64,000 nucleotides of DNA from Nitrospirota bacterium. GTDB lineage: Bacteria; Nitrospirota; UBA9217. Within the stretch, counting starts at the first letter, position 1, and each line of letters starts with the position of its first letter. Below, piece after piece: positions 9,187-20,170 of this stretch. The stretch is taken from contig DASPSR010000007.1 of the NCBI GenBank assembly GCA_035623825.1, positions 96,001 through 160,000 of the forward strand, in the 5' to 3' direction. Below the pieces are notes generated by a model that was given only the letters and a program-made list of their open reading frames with translations, was not told the DNA's origin and did no database searches. A program made the position numbers and the translations under genes.

Positions 9187-9939
9187 ATGGAAAAGATCGC
9201 ATTAACAGCACAGGTCCGAGAGAAGGCAGGCAAAGGAGTCGCCCGGGGCCTCAGGCGAAGCCAGATGGTGCCGGCGGTTCTCTATAGTCGTGGTAAGTCC
9301 GTGCCCATCGCGCTGGGCAATAAGGAAGTAACGAGGATCCTCAACGCCAAGGGCGGGGAGCACGCGCTCATCAGTCTCAAAGTCGAGGGAGCCAAAGGGG
9401 CGGCCGAGCGGATGGCCCTGATCAAGGATTATCAACTCGACCCCATAACCAGTTCGCTCCTGCACGTCGACCTCATGGAGGTCGCCATGAACGAGAAGGT
9501 GAAGATCCCGGTTGCGGTGCATTTGAGCGGCGCATCCATAGGCGTGAAGGAAGGCGGCATCCTCCAGTACGGGATCCGGGACGTCGAGGTGGAATGCCTC
9601 CCGTATCAGATCCCTGACCACATCGAGATTAACATTTCGGCGCTCAAGGTCAACGAGTCTCTCCACGTGAGGGATATTGCAATCGCGGAGGGTGTCAGGA
9701 TTCTGACCGATGGGGATGCTACCGTCGTGACCATCCAGCCGCCGATATCTGATGCCAAGCTTGAAGCCATGCTGTCCGCGACGCCCGCGGTGACGGAAGC
9801 CGGCGAACCAGAACTCGTCAAGAAGCCCAAGAAAGAAGCTGAGGTCGCAGCAGCTGCACCGGCGGCCGCCGAGACCAAGGGCAAAGAAGCAGCCCCTAAA
9901 GAGACCGCGCCGAAGAAGGAAGCCGCACCCAAGAAGTAG
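9187..9939 (+). CDS. rplY: 50S ribosomal protein L25/Ctc
   Basis: GKGVARGLRR..VPAVLY, Q.DP...LLHVD, GVKEGGIL; Ala/Lys/Pro-rich tail. Confidence 0.96.
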   Translation: MEKIALTAQVREKAGKGVARGLRRSQMVPAVLYSRGKSVPIALGNKEVTRILNAKGGEHALISLKVEGAKGAAERMALIKDYQLDPITSSLLHVDLMEVAMNEKVKIPVAVHLSGASIGVKEGGILQYGIRDVEVECLPYQIPDHIEINISALKVNESLHVRDIAIAEGVRILTDGDATVVTIQPPISDAKLEAMLSATPAVTEAGEPELVKKPKKEAEVAAAAPAAAETKGKEAAPKETAPKKEAAPKK

Positions 9940-9995
9940 GATCCCGATGAGGTGCCGTCTTCTGCAGTGAACATGGATCACATCCTGAATTCTCG

Positions 9996-10562
9996 ATGAA
10001 AATCGTCGTCGTTGGGCTTGGCAACCCTGGCAAGAGGTACGAGCGCACGCGCCACAACGCTGGTTTTATGGCGGTGGGAGAGCTTGCCCGCCGTCTCCGA
10101 ATCGAGGTTTTCCAGGAAAAGAGTCACTCTCTCATCGGCAGGGGGCGCATTGAGACCGCACAAATCGTGCTGGCCAAACCGCAGACATTTATGAACGAAA
10201 GCGGCAGGGCCGTCGCTGCGATCCTCCACGATTTCTATGTATCCCCCGGCGATCTCATCGTGATCCATGATGATCTCGACCTCCCGCTCGGTACGGTCAG
10301 GATAAAGACCGGCGGCGGACACAGCGGCCACAATGGGCTACGGTCCGTCATCGAATCCCTCGGTACGCCTGATTTCGTCAGGGTGCGTATGGGAATCGGG
10401 AGGCCTGCCCAGGGCGTGGATTCCGCGGACTATGTGCTCAGCCCTTTTCTCTCGGACGAGAAGAAGGCAGTGGCCGATGAGGCTGACAGGGCCGCTGACG
10501 CAGTGTTGGCCATTGCGTCACAGGGCATGACCAAGGCGATGAGCCTGTTCAATCAACGGTAA
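9996..10562 (+). CDS. pth: Peptidyl-tRNA hydrolase
   Basis: VGLGNPG..Y..TRHNAGF, KPQTFMN.SG, HDDLD, GHNGL. Confidence 0.98.
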   Translation: MKIVVVGLGNPGKRYERTRHNAGFMAVGELARRLRIEVFQEKSHSLIGRGRIETAQIVLAKPQTFMNESGRAVAAILHDFYVSPGDLIVIHDDLDLPLGTVRIKTGGGHSGHNGLRSVIESLGTPDFVRVRMGIGRPAQGVDSADYVLSPFLSDEKKAVADEADRAADAVLAIASQGMTKAMSLFNQR

Positions 10563-10572
10563 CCATACGGTG

Positions 10573-10613
10573 ACCCGGACCTGTAGGCAGCATACCAACA
10601 GTCCGGGTTTTTT
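10573..10613 (+). terminator. Rho-independent terminator after pth
   Basis: ACCCGGAC...GTCCGGGT followed by T-tract. Confidence 0.7.
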
Positions 10614-10753
10614 ATTTGAAAACGCATTTGCGGCGGAGACCATCGAGGTCATCGGGAAAACGATTAATGAATCTCAGAAGGAGTGGAGAAGAGGTTCTTA
10701 TTCTCATCCGATTTTCCGAGAACATCCGCCTATCCAAAAAAGAAAGGACCTTT

Positions 10754-11848
10754 ATGGGTTTTAACTGCGGTATTGTCGGCCTGCCGAACGTAGGCAAGTC
10801 CACCATCTTCAACGCGCTGACATCGGCTGGCGCCCAGGCATCGAACTATCCCTTTACGACCATCGATCCGAATGTGGGGATGGTGGACATGCCTGACGAG
10901 CGGCTCGACAGGCTTGCTGAGATATACCAACCGAAAAAAGTCACACCGACGACCATGGAGTTCGTAGATATCGCAGGGCTTGTCAAGGGCGCAGCGCAGG
11001 GAGAGGGGCTCGGGAACAAGTTTCTGGCCAACATCCGCGAGATGGACGCCATCGCCCATGTGGTGCGCTGTTTCGATGACCCGAACGTGGTCCACGTGGC
11101 GGGGAAGGTCGACCCGCTGACGGACATCGAGGTAATTGAGGCCGAGCTCATGCTTGCGGACTTGGATTCAGTCGAGAAGAGGCTCTTCAAGGCCGAGAAG
11201 CTGGTCAAAGCCGGAGACAAGAAGGCACTGGAAGAACTGGAGTTCATGACGCGGCTCAAGGACATTCTCGGCAGGGGAGAGCCCATACGCCGCTCGACAC
11301 ATTCCGAAGATGAGGTGATTTGGCTCAAACAGTACAATTTGTTGTCGGCAAAGCCTGTCCTGTACGTGGCGAACGTCGCCGAGGACATGCTCGACAAGCC
11401 CAATCCGCACGTGGACGCCGTCCGGAAAATTGCAGCGGAAGAAGGCGCGAAGGTTGTAGTAATATCGGGCCAGGTGGAGGGAGAGATTGCCCAGCTTCCG
11501 AAAGAAGAGCGTAAGGAATACCTCGCAGGCATGGGACTTAAGGAATCAGGCCTCGATCGCATGATCCGCGCGGGTTATGACCTGCTCGGCCTCATCACTT
11601 ACTTTACAGCGGGAGAGAAGGAGGTCCGCGCGTGGACCATCACCGAAGGCACCAAGGCGCCGCAGGCTGCCGGCAAGATTCACACGGATTTCGAAAAGGG
11701 GTTCATCCGCGCCGAGGTGTTTCATTACGATGACCTCATGAGGCTCGGGAACCCACAGTCGGTGAAAGAGGCGGGTCTGCTCCGTTCAGAAGGAAAGGAT
11801 TACGTGGTTAAGGACGGGGACATTATGCTGTTCAGATTCAATGTCTGA
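10754..11848 (+). CDS. ychF: Redox-regulated ATPase YchF
   Basis: GIVGLPNVGKST, NYPFTTIDPN, DIAGLV, TGS domain; start MGFNCG. Confidence 0.98.
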   Translation: MGFNCGIVGLPNVGKSTIFNALTSAGAQASNYPFTTIDPNVGMVDMPDERLDRLAEIYQPKKVTPTTMEFVDIAGLVKGAAQGEGLGNKFLANIREMDAIAHVVRCFDDPNVVHVAGKVDPLTDIEVIEAELMLADLDSVEKRLFKAEKLVKAGDKKALEELEFMTRLKDILGRGEPIRRSTHSEDEVIWLKQYNLLSAKPVLYVANVAEDMLDKPNPHVDAVRKIAAEEGAKVVVISGQVEGEIAQLPKEERKEYLAGMGLKESGLDRMIRAGYDLLGLITYFTAGEKEVRAWTITEGTKAPQAAGKIHTDFEKGFIRAEVFHYDDLMRLGNPQSVKEAGLLRSEGKDYVVKDGDIMLFRFNV

Positions 11849-12054
11849 TTTCCCTCCGGATCATGATCCCCCTGCACTCGCGGTATTTTGATTTAGTAGC
11901 TTGATTTTTACTTGTTGCGCTAAACCTGTGCTGAAATTCGCTTGATGTTTGCCTTATGAATGTGGTATTTATGAACTATTCACGATCCCGCTTATCAGGT
12001 TTCTGATGATATTTTGTTCGTAGTTTCACGACGGTCATCGTGTGAGCTAGTCTT

Positions 12055-13191
12055 GTGGACCGGCTGCGGGAATCTATCGAAAAGGATCTTCAAACAGTGG
12101 TGAAGCATTGCAGTATCATGTTTCTCTTGCTCTTCAGCATCTTCGTTCGCGGCGCCTCCTCCGAGACGCCTGAGGATAGTTGTCTCACCATTGCCGCCGT
12201 CGGCGACATCATGATGGGCACAACGTACCCTGAGAACATGCTCCCGCCGAAAGACGGAGTCGGGATCTTCGACGGCGTGAAGGACGCACTCGCGGGCAAC
12301 GACATCGTATTCGGTAACCTCGAGGGGCCGCTCGTGGACGAGGGGACCACAACAAAATGCAAGGGGCCGGGAAAGACGTGCTATGCCTTCAAGACACCGA
12401 CGCGGTATGTAAAGTATTTGAAGGAAGCGGGTTTCACAACGCTAAATATTGCCAACAATCATGCCTCCGACTTCGGGCAGGAGGGACTCGAGAGCACTCT
12501 CCGCACGCTCGACGGAGCGGGTATCCAACCCGTCGGCGGGAAGGTGGTCGCGCATTTTGAAATCAAAGGGAAACGAATTGTCGTGGCTGGATTCTCCTTT
12601 TCTGATTCACTTTATTCCTTTTCCATCCTTGATACTGATGCCGCGCAGAAGGTCGTCCGCGAACTGAAGGCCGCAAACGATCTCGTTATCGTATCGTTTC
12701 ACGGCGGAGCCGAGGGATCATCTGCGGCCCACGTGACCGGCGAGAACGAGGTGTTTCTTGGAGAAGAGCGGGGGAATGTGGCCTTTTTTGCGAAAGCGGT
12801 CATCGACGCCGGCGCGGACATGGTCATCGGCCACGGCCCACATGTGCTGCGGGCCGTAACGGTGTACAAGCACAAGCTGATAGTATACAGTCTCGGAAAT
12901 TTTCTGACCTATGAGCGGTTCAATCTCGACGGTCCGAACGGGGTGAGCGTCATCCTGAAAGCGCGCATCGACGCTTCGACGGGCGATTTCATCGACGGAG
13001 AACTGGTACCGGTGAGGCTTGTGAATGAGGGCATTCCACTGCGCGACCCGACAGGTCGAGGCATCACGATTATCAGAAAGTTGACGAAGGAAGATACCGC
13101 CGGAGGGAATATATCGATTGCTGACAATGGCAGGTTTTGCATCGGAGATGACTGTCTCAACCGTACCACCTCCGTAAGGGCTCTTCATTAG
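12055..13191 (+). CDS. CapA-family metallophosphoesterase-like protein (start may be ~12118)
   Basis: VGDIM, GNLEGP, ANNHASDFG, VSFHGG.E, IGHGPHV, YSLGNF. Confidence 0.9.
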   Translation: MDRLRESIEKDLQTVVKHCSIMFLLLFSIFVRGASSETPEDSCLTIAAVGDIMMGTTYPENMLPPKDGVGIFDGVKDALAGNDIVFGNLEGPLVDEGTTTKCKGPGKTCYAFKTPTRYVKYLKEAGFTTLNIANNHASDFGQEGLESTLRTLDGAGIQPVGGKVVAHFEIKGKRIVVAGFSFSDSLYSFSILDTDAAQKVVRELKAANDLVIVSFHGGAEGSSAAHVTGENEVFLGEERGNVAFFAKAVIDAGADMVIGHGPHVLRAVTVYKHKLIVYSLGNFLTYERFNLDGPNGVSVILKARIDASTGDFIDGELVPVRLVNEGIPLRDPTGRGITIIRKLTKEDTAGGNISIADNGRFCIGDDCLNRTTSVRALH

Positions 13192-13524
13192 AGGGATCAC
13201 CGGAACCGGATACGGAGCTGTCCCGGCGACAGCACATAGAAAAAGGTTTGATGAACCGACGGCGAAGAGGTTGTGGGCAAAAAGCCAAGAGATGGGGAAT
13301 GATCCGTTGATCTACCCGGCCTGGAGGCCGGGGGTTTCAAATCAGGAAAAACCTTAGGATATGCTTCTGGACTTCCCCGAGTCATGGGCTCAGGCTTGGT
13401 ATTATTCCAGACGACGCGGTGACCACAATCTGTAGCAAGCAGGCTAACCTTATATGCTTTCGCTTTGGAAGATGCCTTCAGGCCAAGAACATGTTTTTTG
13501 GCATACCGCTCATCCCCTTCATAA

Positions 13525-14628
13525 TTAAACTCTCATGCCGGTCAACTCGTTCATTAGGGTTTTGACGGGGAGAATCCTGTCTACTCTCGCGGCATTGGTA
13601 CCTACCGTATAGAGCGGTTCTTCCTTGTCCGTATTGTATCCTGCTGAACTCAACAGACCGTTGCAGATACAGAAGTAATCCTTATTGTCTTCCTTTGCGG
13701 GGCAGACGGTAAAGTTGCCCTCTGCATCCTTCATGAGCACATATCCCTTGTCGCACTTGGGCGGTCTCTTTTGCTGCAGCGAAGAGACATACATGGGGGA
13801 CTGCATTATGACCCGAAATGGCAGTCCGCAGGGCGATCCCGGATGATGCGCGACGAGGATGTCCTCTTTCTTTGCCCTGACCACGGCCTGCTTGTATGTC
13901 GTGGAGGCACTGCTTTCCTCGGTTGCGAGAAACCGCGTCCCCATCTGCACGCCGTCGGCGCCCATGCTCATGAATCTCGTTATGTCATCATGCGTGTAGA
14001 TCCCGCCAGCGACTATAACGGGGAAGTCCCCGCATTTGACTGCCCTGTCCTTGATCAGCGGGAGGAGGTTCTCAAGCCTATTGGATTCAAGGTCAACTTG
14101 GTCGATCCTGAAGCCCAGGTGGCCCCCCGCCAAGGGGCCCTCAAGCACAACGGCGTCCGGACGGTACCCCAGTTTCTCCCATTTCTTGCAGATGATATCG
14201 AGCGCCCGAGGCGACGATACGATGGGGATCAACGCCGTCTCCTTCGGCGGCTGAATTGCCGGGAGGCCGAGCGGCAGGCCGGCACCGGAGATTATGACAT
14301 CGGCTCCGGCATCAAGGGCGCCCTTAACCGAATCATTGAAGTCTCTGGCAAGGGCCATCATTATGTTTATGCCGGCGAATCCCCCTTCCGTCTTTGCCAG
14401 CGAAACTTCCTCGTATGCTGCTTCATAGGTGTTCTTTTTCTTCCCCGTTCTGCTGCTTACCAGCCGGTCAAGGCATGCGCTTGATACGATACCGAGTCCG
14501 CCTTCTTTCGCAACCGCCCGTGCCAGGGGATGCAGCGACACCCCAACGCCCATCCCGCCCTGGATGATGGGTATTTTTATTCTTTTGCCTTTGATGATGA
14601 GCGGTTGTAACGCCGAATTAGAATTCAA
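13525..14628 (-). CDS. Nitronate monooxygenase / FabK-like FMN-dependent oxidoreductase
   Basis: PIIQGGMGVGVS, EGPLAGGHLG, AGGI, GVQMGTRF. Confidence 0.9.
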   Translation of the reverse strand: MNSNSALQPLIIKGKRIKIPIIQGGMGVGVSLHPLARAVAKEGGLGIVSSACLDRLVSSRTGKKKNTYEAAYEEVSLAKTEGGFAGINIMMALARDFNDSVKGALDAGADVIISGAGLPLGLPAIQPPKETALIPIVSSPRALDIICKKWEKLGYRPDAVVLEGPLAGGHLGFRIDQVDLESNRLENLLPLIKDRAVKCGDFPVIVAGGIYTHDDITRFMSMGADGVQMGTRFLATEESSASTTYKQAVVRAKKEDILVAHHPGSPCGLPFRVIMQSPMYVSSLQQKRPPKCDKGYVLMKDAEGNFTVCPAKEDNKDYFCICNGLLSSAGYNTDKEEPLYTVGTNAARVDRILPVKTLMNELTGMRV

Positions 14629-15000
14629 ATTGCCCCCTTCTCTCTTTCCCGCTGCCAGAAGATAATCTCATCCTGTTTTTTCTCAAGCAGTCAACATCGC
14701 AAGGTTTCGAAAAATAATGACACGAAAAACGGGTGATATTATACCACATGGATAGTCCTTATACAAACAAGATTTTACAAGATTTTACAGAACGTGATGT
14801 AAAAAAGCGCATGATGGGGCTATAAACAATTTATTTTCAAAATCACACGGTTTTAATCCACGTCGTGGATGATATTTCCGCCTTTTCCAAAAATGAATTT
14901 TCTTATTGACGACATGAGCTGAATGAGGTATCATAAAAAAGTCGTCAATTTATCAATAATCTTTTTTCTGGGCACTCCCAGGAAGAGCGGACTTATTATA

Positions 15001-15684
15001 ATGTACTTTGTTCTTCTTGTAGCCGGATTTATACTTGTTCCGTCCTTTGCGTTCGCATGGGGGCCCATGACCCACATGTATCTCGGCAATGAACTTCTCT
15101 CCTGTGCTCCGCTGCTCCCCGCCGGCATCCTCGCGCTTCTGAAAAAACATAAGCAGGACTTCCTCTATGGCAATCTCATGGCCGACATCATTCTCGGGAA
15201 AAAATATCTGCCCGATGATAAGAGTTCGCACTCTTGGGATGTGGGATTGAAACTCCTAGACCAGGCCAAGACGTGGCCCGAGCGGGCTTTTGCCTACGGT
15301 TATCTCGGCCATCTTGCCGCTGATACCGTGGCTCATGAAGCCCTTACGGACGAGAAAGGGAACATGGGACACACTTGGATTGAGATGAAGGCCGACAGCC
15401 TGATCGATAAGATCTACTGGTTGCAGTGCGTTACGATTAGCAAGACGGTCCGCCGGAGGAGCGATCTTCTCCTCGAGAACTCCCTCGACAGCTATATTTT
15501 TTCGTTCAAAACGAATAAGAGAATATACAAGAGCATGGTCTTCCTCTCTTTTCTCAATAAGAAGAGACGGCGAGGCGTTGACAGGGAGCTCATTCACGAT
15601 CTTCACGAGGAGTCTATTGCGCGCATGCTGGACCTGCTCAAGAACGGCACTGATTCCGCGGTCCTGCAGAAAAATCCGCTCTAA
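15001..15684 (+). CDS. Zinc-dependent phospholipase C family protein
   Basis: Signal peptide then AWGPMTH; GYLGHLAAD.VAH; H..IE. Confidence 0.85.
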   Translation: MYFVLLVAGFILVPSFAFAWGPMTHMYLGNELLSCAPLLPAGILALLKKHKQDFLYGNLMADIILGKKYLPDDKSSHSWDVGLKLLDQAKTWPERAFAYGYLGHLAADTVAHEALTDEKGNMGHTWIEMKADSLIDKIYWLQCVTISKTVRRRSDLLLENSLDSYIFSFKTNKRIYKSMVFLSFLNKKRRRGVDRELIHDLHEESIARMLDLLKNGTDSAVLQKNPL

Positions 15685-15798
15685 TCACATCATATTCTTT
15701 CCCCCGTCGTTTCTTTCTTGTCTCGACTGGCGTTACGTCAAAGCTGGTATAGTATCATCGCGGAGAGGATTTCACGAAAATCCTGAGAGGAGGCGAGC

Positions 15799-16281
15799 AT
15801 GGAGACGATTACAGTCCCGGTTGACATCCCTGAAGGCTGCAACATCATTCTCGGCCAGACCCATTTCATTAAGACAGCGGAAGACCTATACGAGATTATC
15901 GCCGGAACCGTGCCGCAGGCGAAGTTCGGCATTGCCTTTACCGAGGCATCGGGTCCCTGCCTGATCCGAGTCGAAGGGAACGACGAGGGCCTCATTGCGG
16001 CGTGTGCAAAGACCCTTGGGGCCATCGGCGCGGGCCACATATTCTGCATCTATCTGAAGAACGCCTTTCCCATCAATGTCCTCAACCAGATCAAAGCCTG
16101 CCACGAGGTCTGCCGTGTTTTCTGCGCCACGGCGAACCCGCTCGAGGTTGTCGTAGCGTCGACCGCACAAGGACGGGGCATCCTCGGCGTGATCGACGGC
16201 TTCTCTCCGAGAGGTGTGGAGACTTCATCCGACCGTGCGCAGCGGAAAGAGTTCCTCCGCAAGATAGGGTACAAGCTTTGA
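15799..16281 (+). CDS. Adenosine-specific kinase family (DUF355)
   Basis: NIILGQTHFIKTAEDL, FTEASG, FCATANP, GVIDG, IGYK. Confidence 0.92.
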   Translation: METITVPVDIPEGCNIILGQTHFIKTAEDLYEIIAGTVPQAKFGIAFTEASGPCLIRVEGNDEGLIAACAKTLGAIGAGHIFCIYLKNAFPINVLNQIKACHEVCRVFCATANPLEVVVASTAQGRGILGVIDGFSPRGVETSSDRAQRKEFLRKIGYKL

Positions 16282-16428
16282 ACTTGTTTGAAGACCATGA
16301 AGATTTCAACGGTATTTCACATCTTGCCATATTGTGTAAGCCAGTGAGCAGGAACCTGTCGGTCAGGTCCTATTGTCATTTTAAGAAACGCGTTCCGACA
16401 GCCCCACTTTATATTAAAAGAGGGTCGT

Positions 16429-16926
16429 ATGAACACTACACATGATGATGTCCTCGGTGGCCATTTAAGATCAACGCTAGGGCTCGAGATGCGCGTTCAC
16501 GATGTGATGACGAAAGAGGTTATTTCAATCCCGAAATTTGAGAGCATCGTGCGCGCGGCAAATATTTTATCGGAGAAAAACATAAGCGGGCTGCCTGTAG
16601 TGGACAAGGGACAGAAAGTGATCGGCATTATTACGCAAGCTGATATCCTTTCTATGTTGGGCGTGGGCAGGGATCATACTTTCAAAGACCTGTTAAAATA
16701 TATGCTCGGAGAGCCGCTTCCTGAACGCAAGATCGGGGACCTTGTAGGAGACATTATGACTGCTCCGGCATTAACCATAAGACCCGACGCGAACATTGCT
16801 GAAGTCGTACGGATTATGGATGAGAGAAAGGTCAGAAGATTACCGGTGGTAGATGAAAGGGATATCCTGATCGGGATTATATCGAGAGCCGACATTTTGA
16901 AGGCGGTAATCAGAAAATTAAAATGA
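16429..16926 (+). CDS. CBS domain pair protein
   Basis: ISGLPVVD..GIITQAD; RRLPVVD..GIISRAD. Confidence 0.9.
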   Translation: MNTTHDDVLGGHLRSTLGLEMRVHDVMTKEVISIPKFESIVRAANILSEKNISGLPVVDKGQKVIGIITQADILSMLGVGRDHTFKDLLKYMLGEPLPERKIGDLVGDIMTAPALTIRPDANIAEVVRIMDERKVRRLPVVDERDILIGIISRADILKAVIRKLK

Positions 16927-17274
16927 TACGCCCGAGCTGCTCTTCATGCTGCGTCTGACAGACTTCCTCGTGATCGTCTTCGTTCTTGACATGTATAGGA
17001 AGCGTCTGTTGTTATCGCCCGTATCGGGTCGATACCAATGCGAACCCACCCGCTGCTGCGTAGAAAGGATGCAATCGCCCCTGTCTCCATAAACTCATCA
17101 AGGCGGGAATCCTTAACAAAATCATGTCCCTGACTCTGAGGTGAGTGCTGGCATGGTTAGAAAAAATAAGAAAAACTAGCTTGCTTATTTCCTCTAAAAG
17201 AAGTAAATTTTAAAATTCAGGACCGTGACAGTTCAAAGTGCCGGTCCGACACTTGTTTTAAAGAATGGAGATGA

Positions 17275-18045
17275 ATGATGAAACGATCGATATTTTTGCT
17301 TATAGCGGGTTTTTTGGCCCTGTCGGCCTCGGGCGCTTATGCCGCTCCTGAGGGTGAGAGATCCTTGCCGTCGAAGCAGACCCAATTGGCCGAAGAGACG
17401 GCGGGAACGATGGGACCGTCCCCCTCCGGGAAGGTGGTGGAAACAATGAACGCTGGCGGGTATACATATGTCTGCCTTGAAAAAGGCGGGAAGAAGACCT
17501 GGGTTGCTGTCCCCGAGATGAAAGTGACCGTGGGGCAGCAGATAACGTTCAAACCAGGGCAAGAGATGACGGATTTTAGCAGCAAGACGCTGAACAAAAC
17601 GTTCGCGAGCATCATTTTTTCCGAAGGCCCTGCTGCTTCCCAGAAGAACACCGGCAATAAGGTTGAGCCTGCAAAGGCCCCTGGCAGCAAAGCGGCGGTG
17701 GTAGCGTCCGCAGGGGAAATTTCCGTGCAAAAGGCCGCCGGTCCGGATGCTTATACCGTGGGCGAGGTGTACGCGAAGGGAGCGTCGCTGAACGGAAAAT
17801 CCGTTATCGTCAAGGGCAAGGTCGTGAAGGTGTCAAAGGCCATCATGGGGAAGAACTGGCTCCATCTTCAGGACGGCACCGGAGATTCCGGCAAGGGGAC
17901 ACACGATCTGGTAGTGACGACGGCCGCGGACACGGTTGCCGTTGGTGACGTTGTGACGGCAAAAGGGACCGTTTACAAGGACAAGGACTTCGGGTCCGGA
18001 TACAAGTATGACGTGATCATGGAAGAGGCGACCATCCAGCACTGA
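17275..18045 (+). CDS. Exported OB-fold protein (NrfJ-like N-domain)
   Basis: Signal peptide; GKVVETMNAGGYTYV; GKVVKV..IMGKNWLHLQDGTG; KDFGSGYKY. Confidence 0.75.
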   Translation: MMKRSIFLLIAGFLALSASGAYAAPEGERSLPSKQTQLAEETAGTMGPSPSGKVVETMNAGGYTYVCLEKGGKKTWVAVPEMKVTVGQQITFKPGQEMTDFSSKTLNKTFASIIFSEGPAASQKNTGNKVEPAKAPGSKAAVVASAGEISVQKAAGPDAYTVGEVYAKGASLNGKSVIVKGKVVKVSKAIMGKNWLHLQDGTGDSGKGTHDLVVTTAADTVAVGDVVTAKGTVYKDKDFGSGYKYDVIMEEATIQH

Positions 18046-18079
18046 TTGGGATTTCCACGTATCCACGGTTCGATGACCC

Positions 18080-18115
18080 AAGCCCCTTGCTCGGTCTGCA
18101 GGGGGCTTTACTTTT
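18080..18115 (+). terminator. Rho-independent terminator
   Basis: AAGCCCCTTGC/GCAGGGGGCTT stem plus T-rich tail. Confidence 0.6.
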
Positions 18116-18245
18116 ATCTGGCAATCGTGCATAATGATCGCTCTCTCGATCGGTATCGACCGGAAAAGGATACCGCCCTTTCTGTGCGGGCATGGGGATA
18201 TGGTGGCATGAACATAATGAGGAGAGCGCTTCAAGGAGACTGCTC

Positions 18246-20033
18246 ATGACAGAAGGATCAAGGAACAAAAAACTGAACTCCTGGGTAAAGGAGGTCGCTG
18301 ACCTCTGCCAGCCCGATTCCATCTATTGGTGCGACGGATCGAAAGCAGAGTACGACCGGCTTATGATGCTCATGCAGAAACGGGATATGGCGTTCCCTCT
18401 TAGCAGGCGGCCCAATAGTTTCCTATTCCGCACCGATCCCAGCGACGTGGCACGCGTGGAGGACCGTACGTACATCAGTACGCCGTCGAAAGACGAGGCC
18501 GGCCCCACGAACAACTGGGTCCATCCCGACGAACTGAAGAAGACCATGCGGGGCCTTTACAAGGGCTGCATGAAGGGCCGGACAATGTACGTCATCCCCT
18601 TCTCCATGGGGCCCATCGGTTCTCCCATCGCGAAGATCGGAATCGAGCTGACCGATAGCCCCTACGTGGTATGCAGCATGCATATCATGACCCGGGCCGA
18701 TTCGAAGGTTCTCGATACGCTCGGTGAGACGGGAGAATTCATCCCCTGCTTGCATTCCATCGGTGCACCTCTGGAGAAGGGGCAGAAGGACCTTCTCTGG
18801 CCATGCGCTCCTCTCGAACGCAAATACATCAGCCATTTCCCGGAGGAAAACCTCATCTGGTCCTACGGCTCTGGATACGGTGGTAACGCCCTGCTCGGGA
18901 AGAAGTGCCTGGCACTCCGGATTGCCTCGAACATGGCAAGGCGGGAAGGTTGGATGGCCGAACATATGCTGATCTTGCGCCTTATCAGTCCCGAAGGGAG
19001 GCGCTACCACATCGCGGCCGCTTTTCCCTCGGCCTGCGGCAAAACAAACCTCGCTATGATGCAGCCGTCCGTGCCTGGCTGGAAGTGTGAGTGCATCGGA
19101 GACGATATAGCCTGGATGAAGGTTCGCGGAGACGGCCGGCTCCATGCCATCAATCCCGAGAGCGGGTTCTTCGGCGTAGCGCCCGGCACGTCCTACGGCA
19201 CCAACCCCGTGGCCATGGACACACTGAGGGAAAACGTCATTTTCACGAACTGTGCACTGACGGATGACGGCGATGTGTGGTGGGAGGGCATGACCGATGA
19301 ATCACCATCGCATGTTATAGATTGGAAGGGCCACGACTGGACGCCGGAGAGTACCGAGGACGCGGCGCATCCGAATGCGCGTTTCACTGCACCCGCATCG
19401 CAGTGCCCGGGCATCTGTCCGGACTGGGAGGACCCAGAGGGAGTGCCCATCGACATCTTCATCTTCGGCGGCCGCAGGAGCAGTGTTGTGCCGCTGGTAT
19501 TCGAATCGTACTCCTGGGACCACGGCGTGTTTCTCGGTGCGACAGCCGCGTCGGAGACCACGTCGGCGAACATCGGCGCCGTGGGCAACCTGCGCCGAGA
19601 CCCCTTCGCCATGAAACCATTCCTAGCATACCATATGGGAGACTATTTTCAGCACTGGCTGAACATGGGAGATCGGCTCGGGAAAAAAGCCCCACGGATC
19701 TTCTATGCGAACTGGTTTCGGAAGAGCAGTGAGGGCAAATTCCTCTGGCCCGGTTTCAGCGAAAATAGCAGGGTGCTTAAGTGGATGTGCGACCGTGTGG
19801 ACGGCAAAATTGGCGCCAAAGAAACGCCAATTGGCCTGATGCCCGAGGACGGGGACCTTGACCTCGCGGGTCTGGACATTTCCAGTGAGAATGTGAAGGC
19901 ACTGATGGAAGCGGACCCCACGGAGTGGAGGGCCGAGGTTTCCGACATCGAGAAGCACTTCTCAGTATTCGGGAACAGGCTGCCGGCACGGCTTACGAAA
20001 CAGCTCGAGGAACTGAAGAAGCGTCTGAGATAA
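18246..20033 (+). CDS. pckG: Phosphoenolpyruvate carboxykinase (GTP)
   Basis: [46 protein letters not shown]. Confidence 0.97.
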   Translation: MTEGSRNKKLNSWVKEVADLCQPDSIYWCDGSKAEYDRLMMLMQKRDMAFPLSRRPNSFLFRTDPSDVARVEDRTYISTPSKDEAGPTNNWVHPDELKKTMRGLYKGCMKGRTMYVIPFSMGPIGSPIAKIGIELTDSPYVVCSMHIMTRADSKVLDTLGETGEFIPCLHSIGAPLEKGQKDLLWPCAPLERKYISHFPEENLIWSYGSGYGGNALLGKKCLALRIASNMARREGWMAEHMLILRLISPEGRRYHIAAAFPSACGKTNLAMMQPSVPGWKCECIGDDIAWMKVRGDGRLHAINPESGFFGVAPGTSYGTNPVAMDTLRENVIFTNCALTDDGDVWWEGMTDESPSHVIDWKGHDWTPESTEDAAHPNARFTAPASQCPGICPDWEDPEGVPIDIFIFGGRRSSVVPLVFESYSWDHGVFLGATAASETTSANIGAVGNLRRDPFAMKPFLAYHMGDYFQHWLNMGDRLGKKAPRIFYANWFRKSSEGKFLWPGFSENSRVLKWMCDRVDGKIGAKETPIGLMPEDGDLDLAGLDISSENVKALMEADPTEWRAEVSDIEKHFSVFGNRLPARLTKQLEELKKRLR

Positions 20034-20170
20034 TTGAAAGAACATTGCGGACACAGAAAAACGGGATAATATCCGAAAGAAACGATAACAGGCCTTCGCG
20101 GGGCCAAAGATCGACTTCTGTCTTAAAACGACAATCCCCTCGAGCGCCTTGAAGGAGATAACCAGTTTTC

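Noticed and set aside
13197-13520. Intergenic region between capA-like and NMO-like genes (62-aa ORF)
   Set aside because: No RBS, motif or convincing RNA structure found
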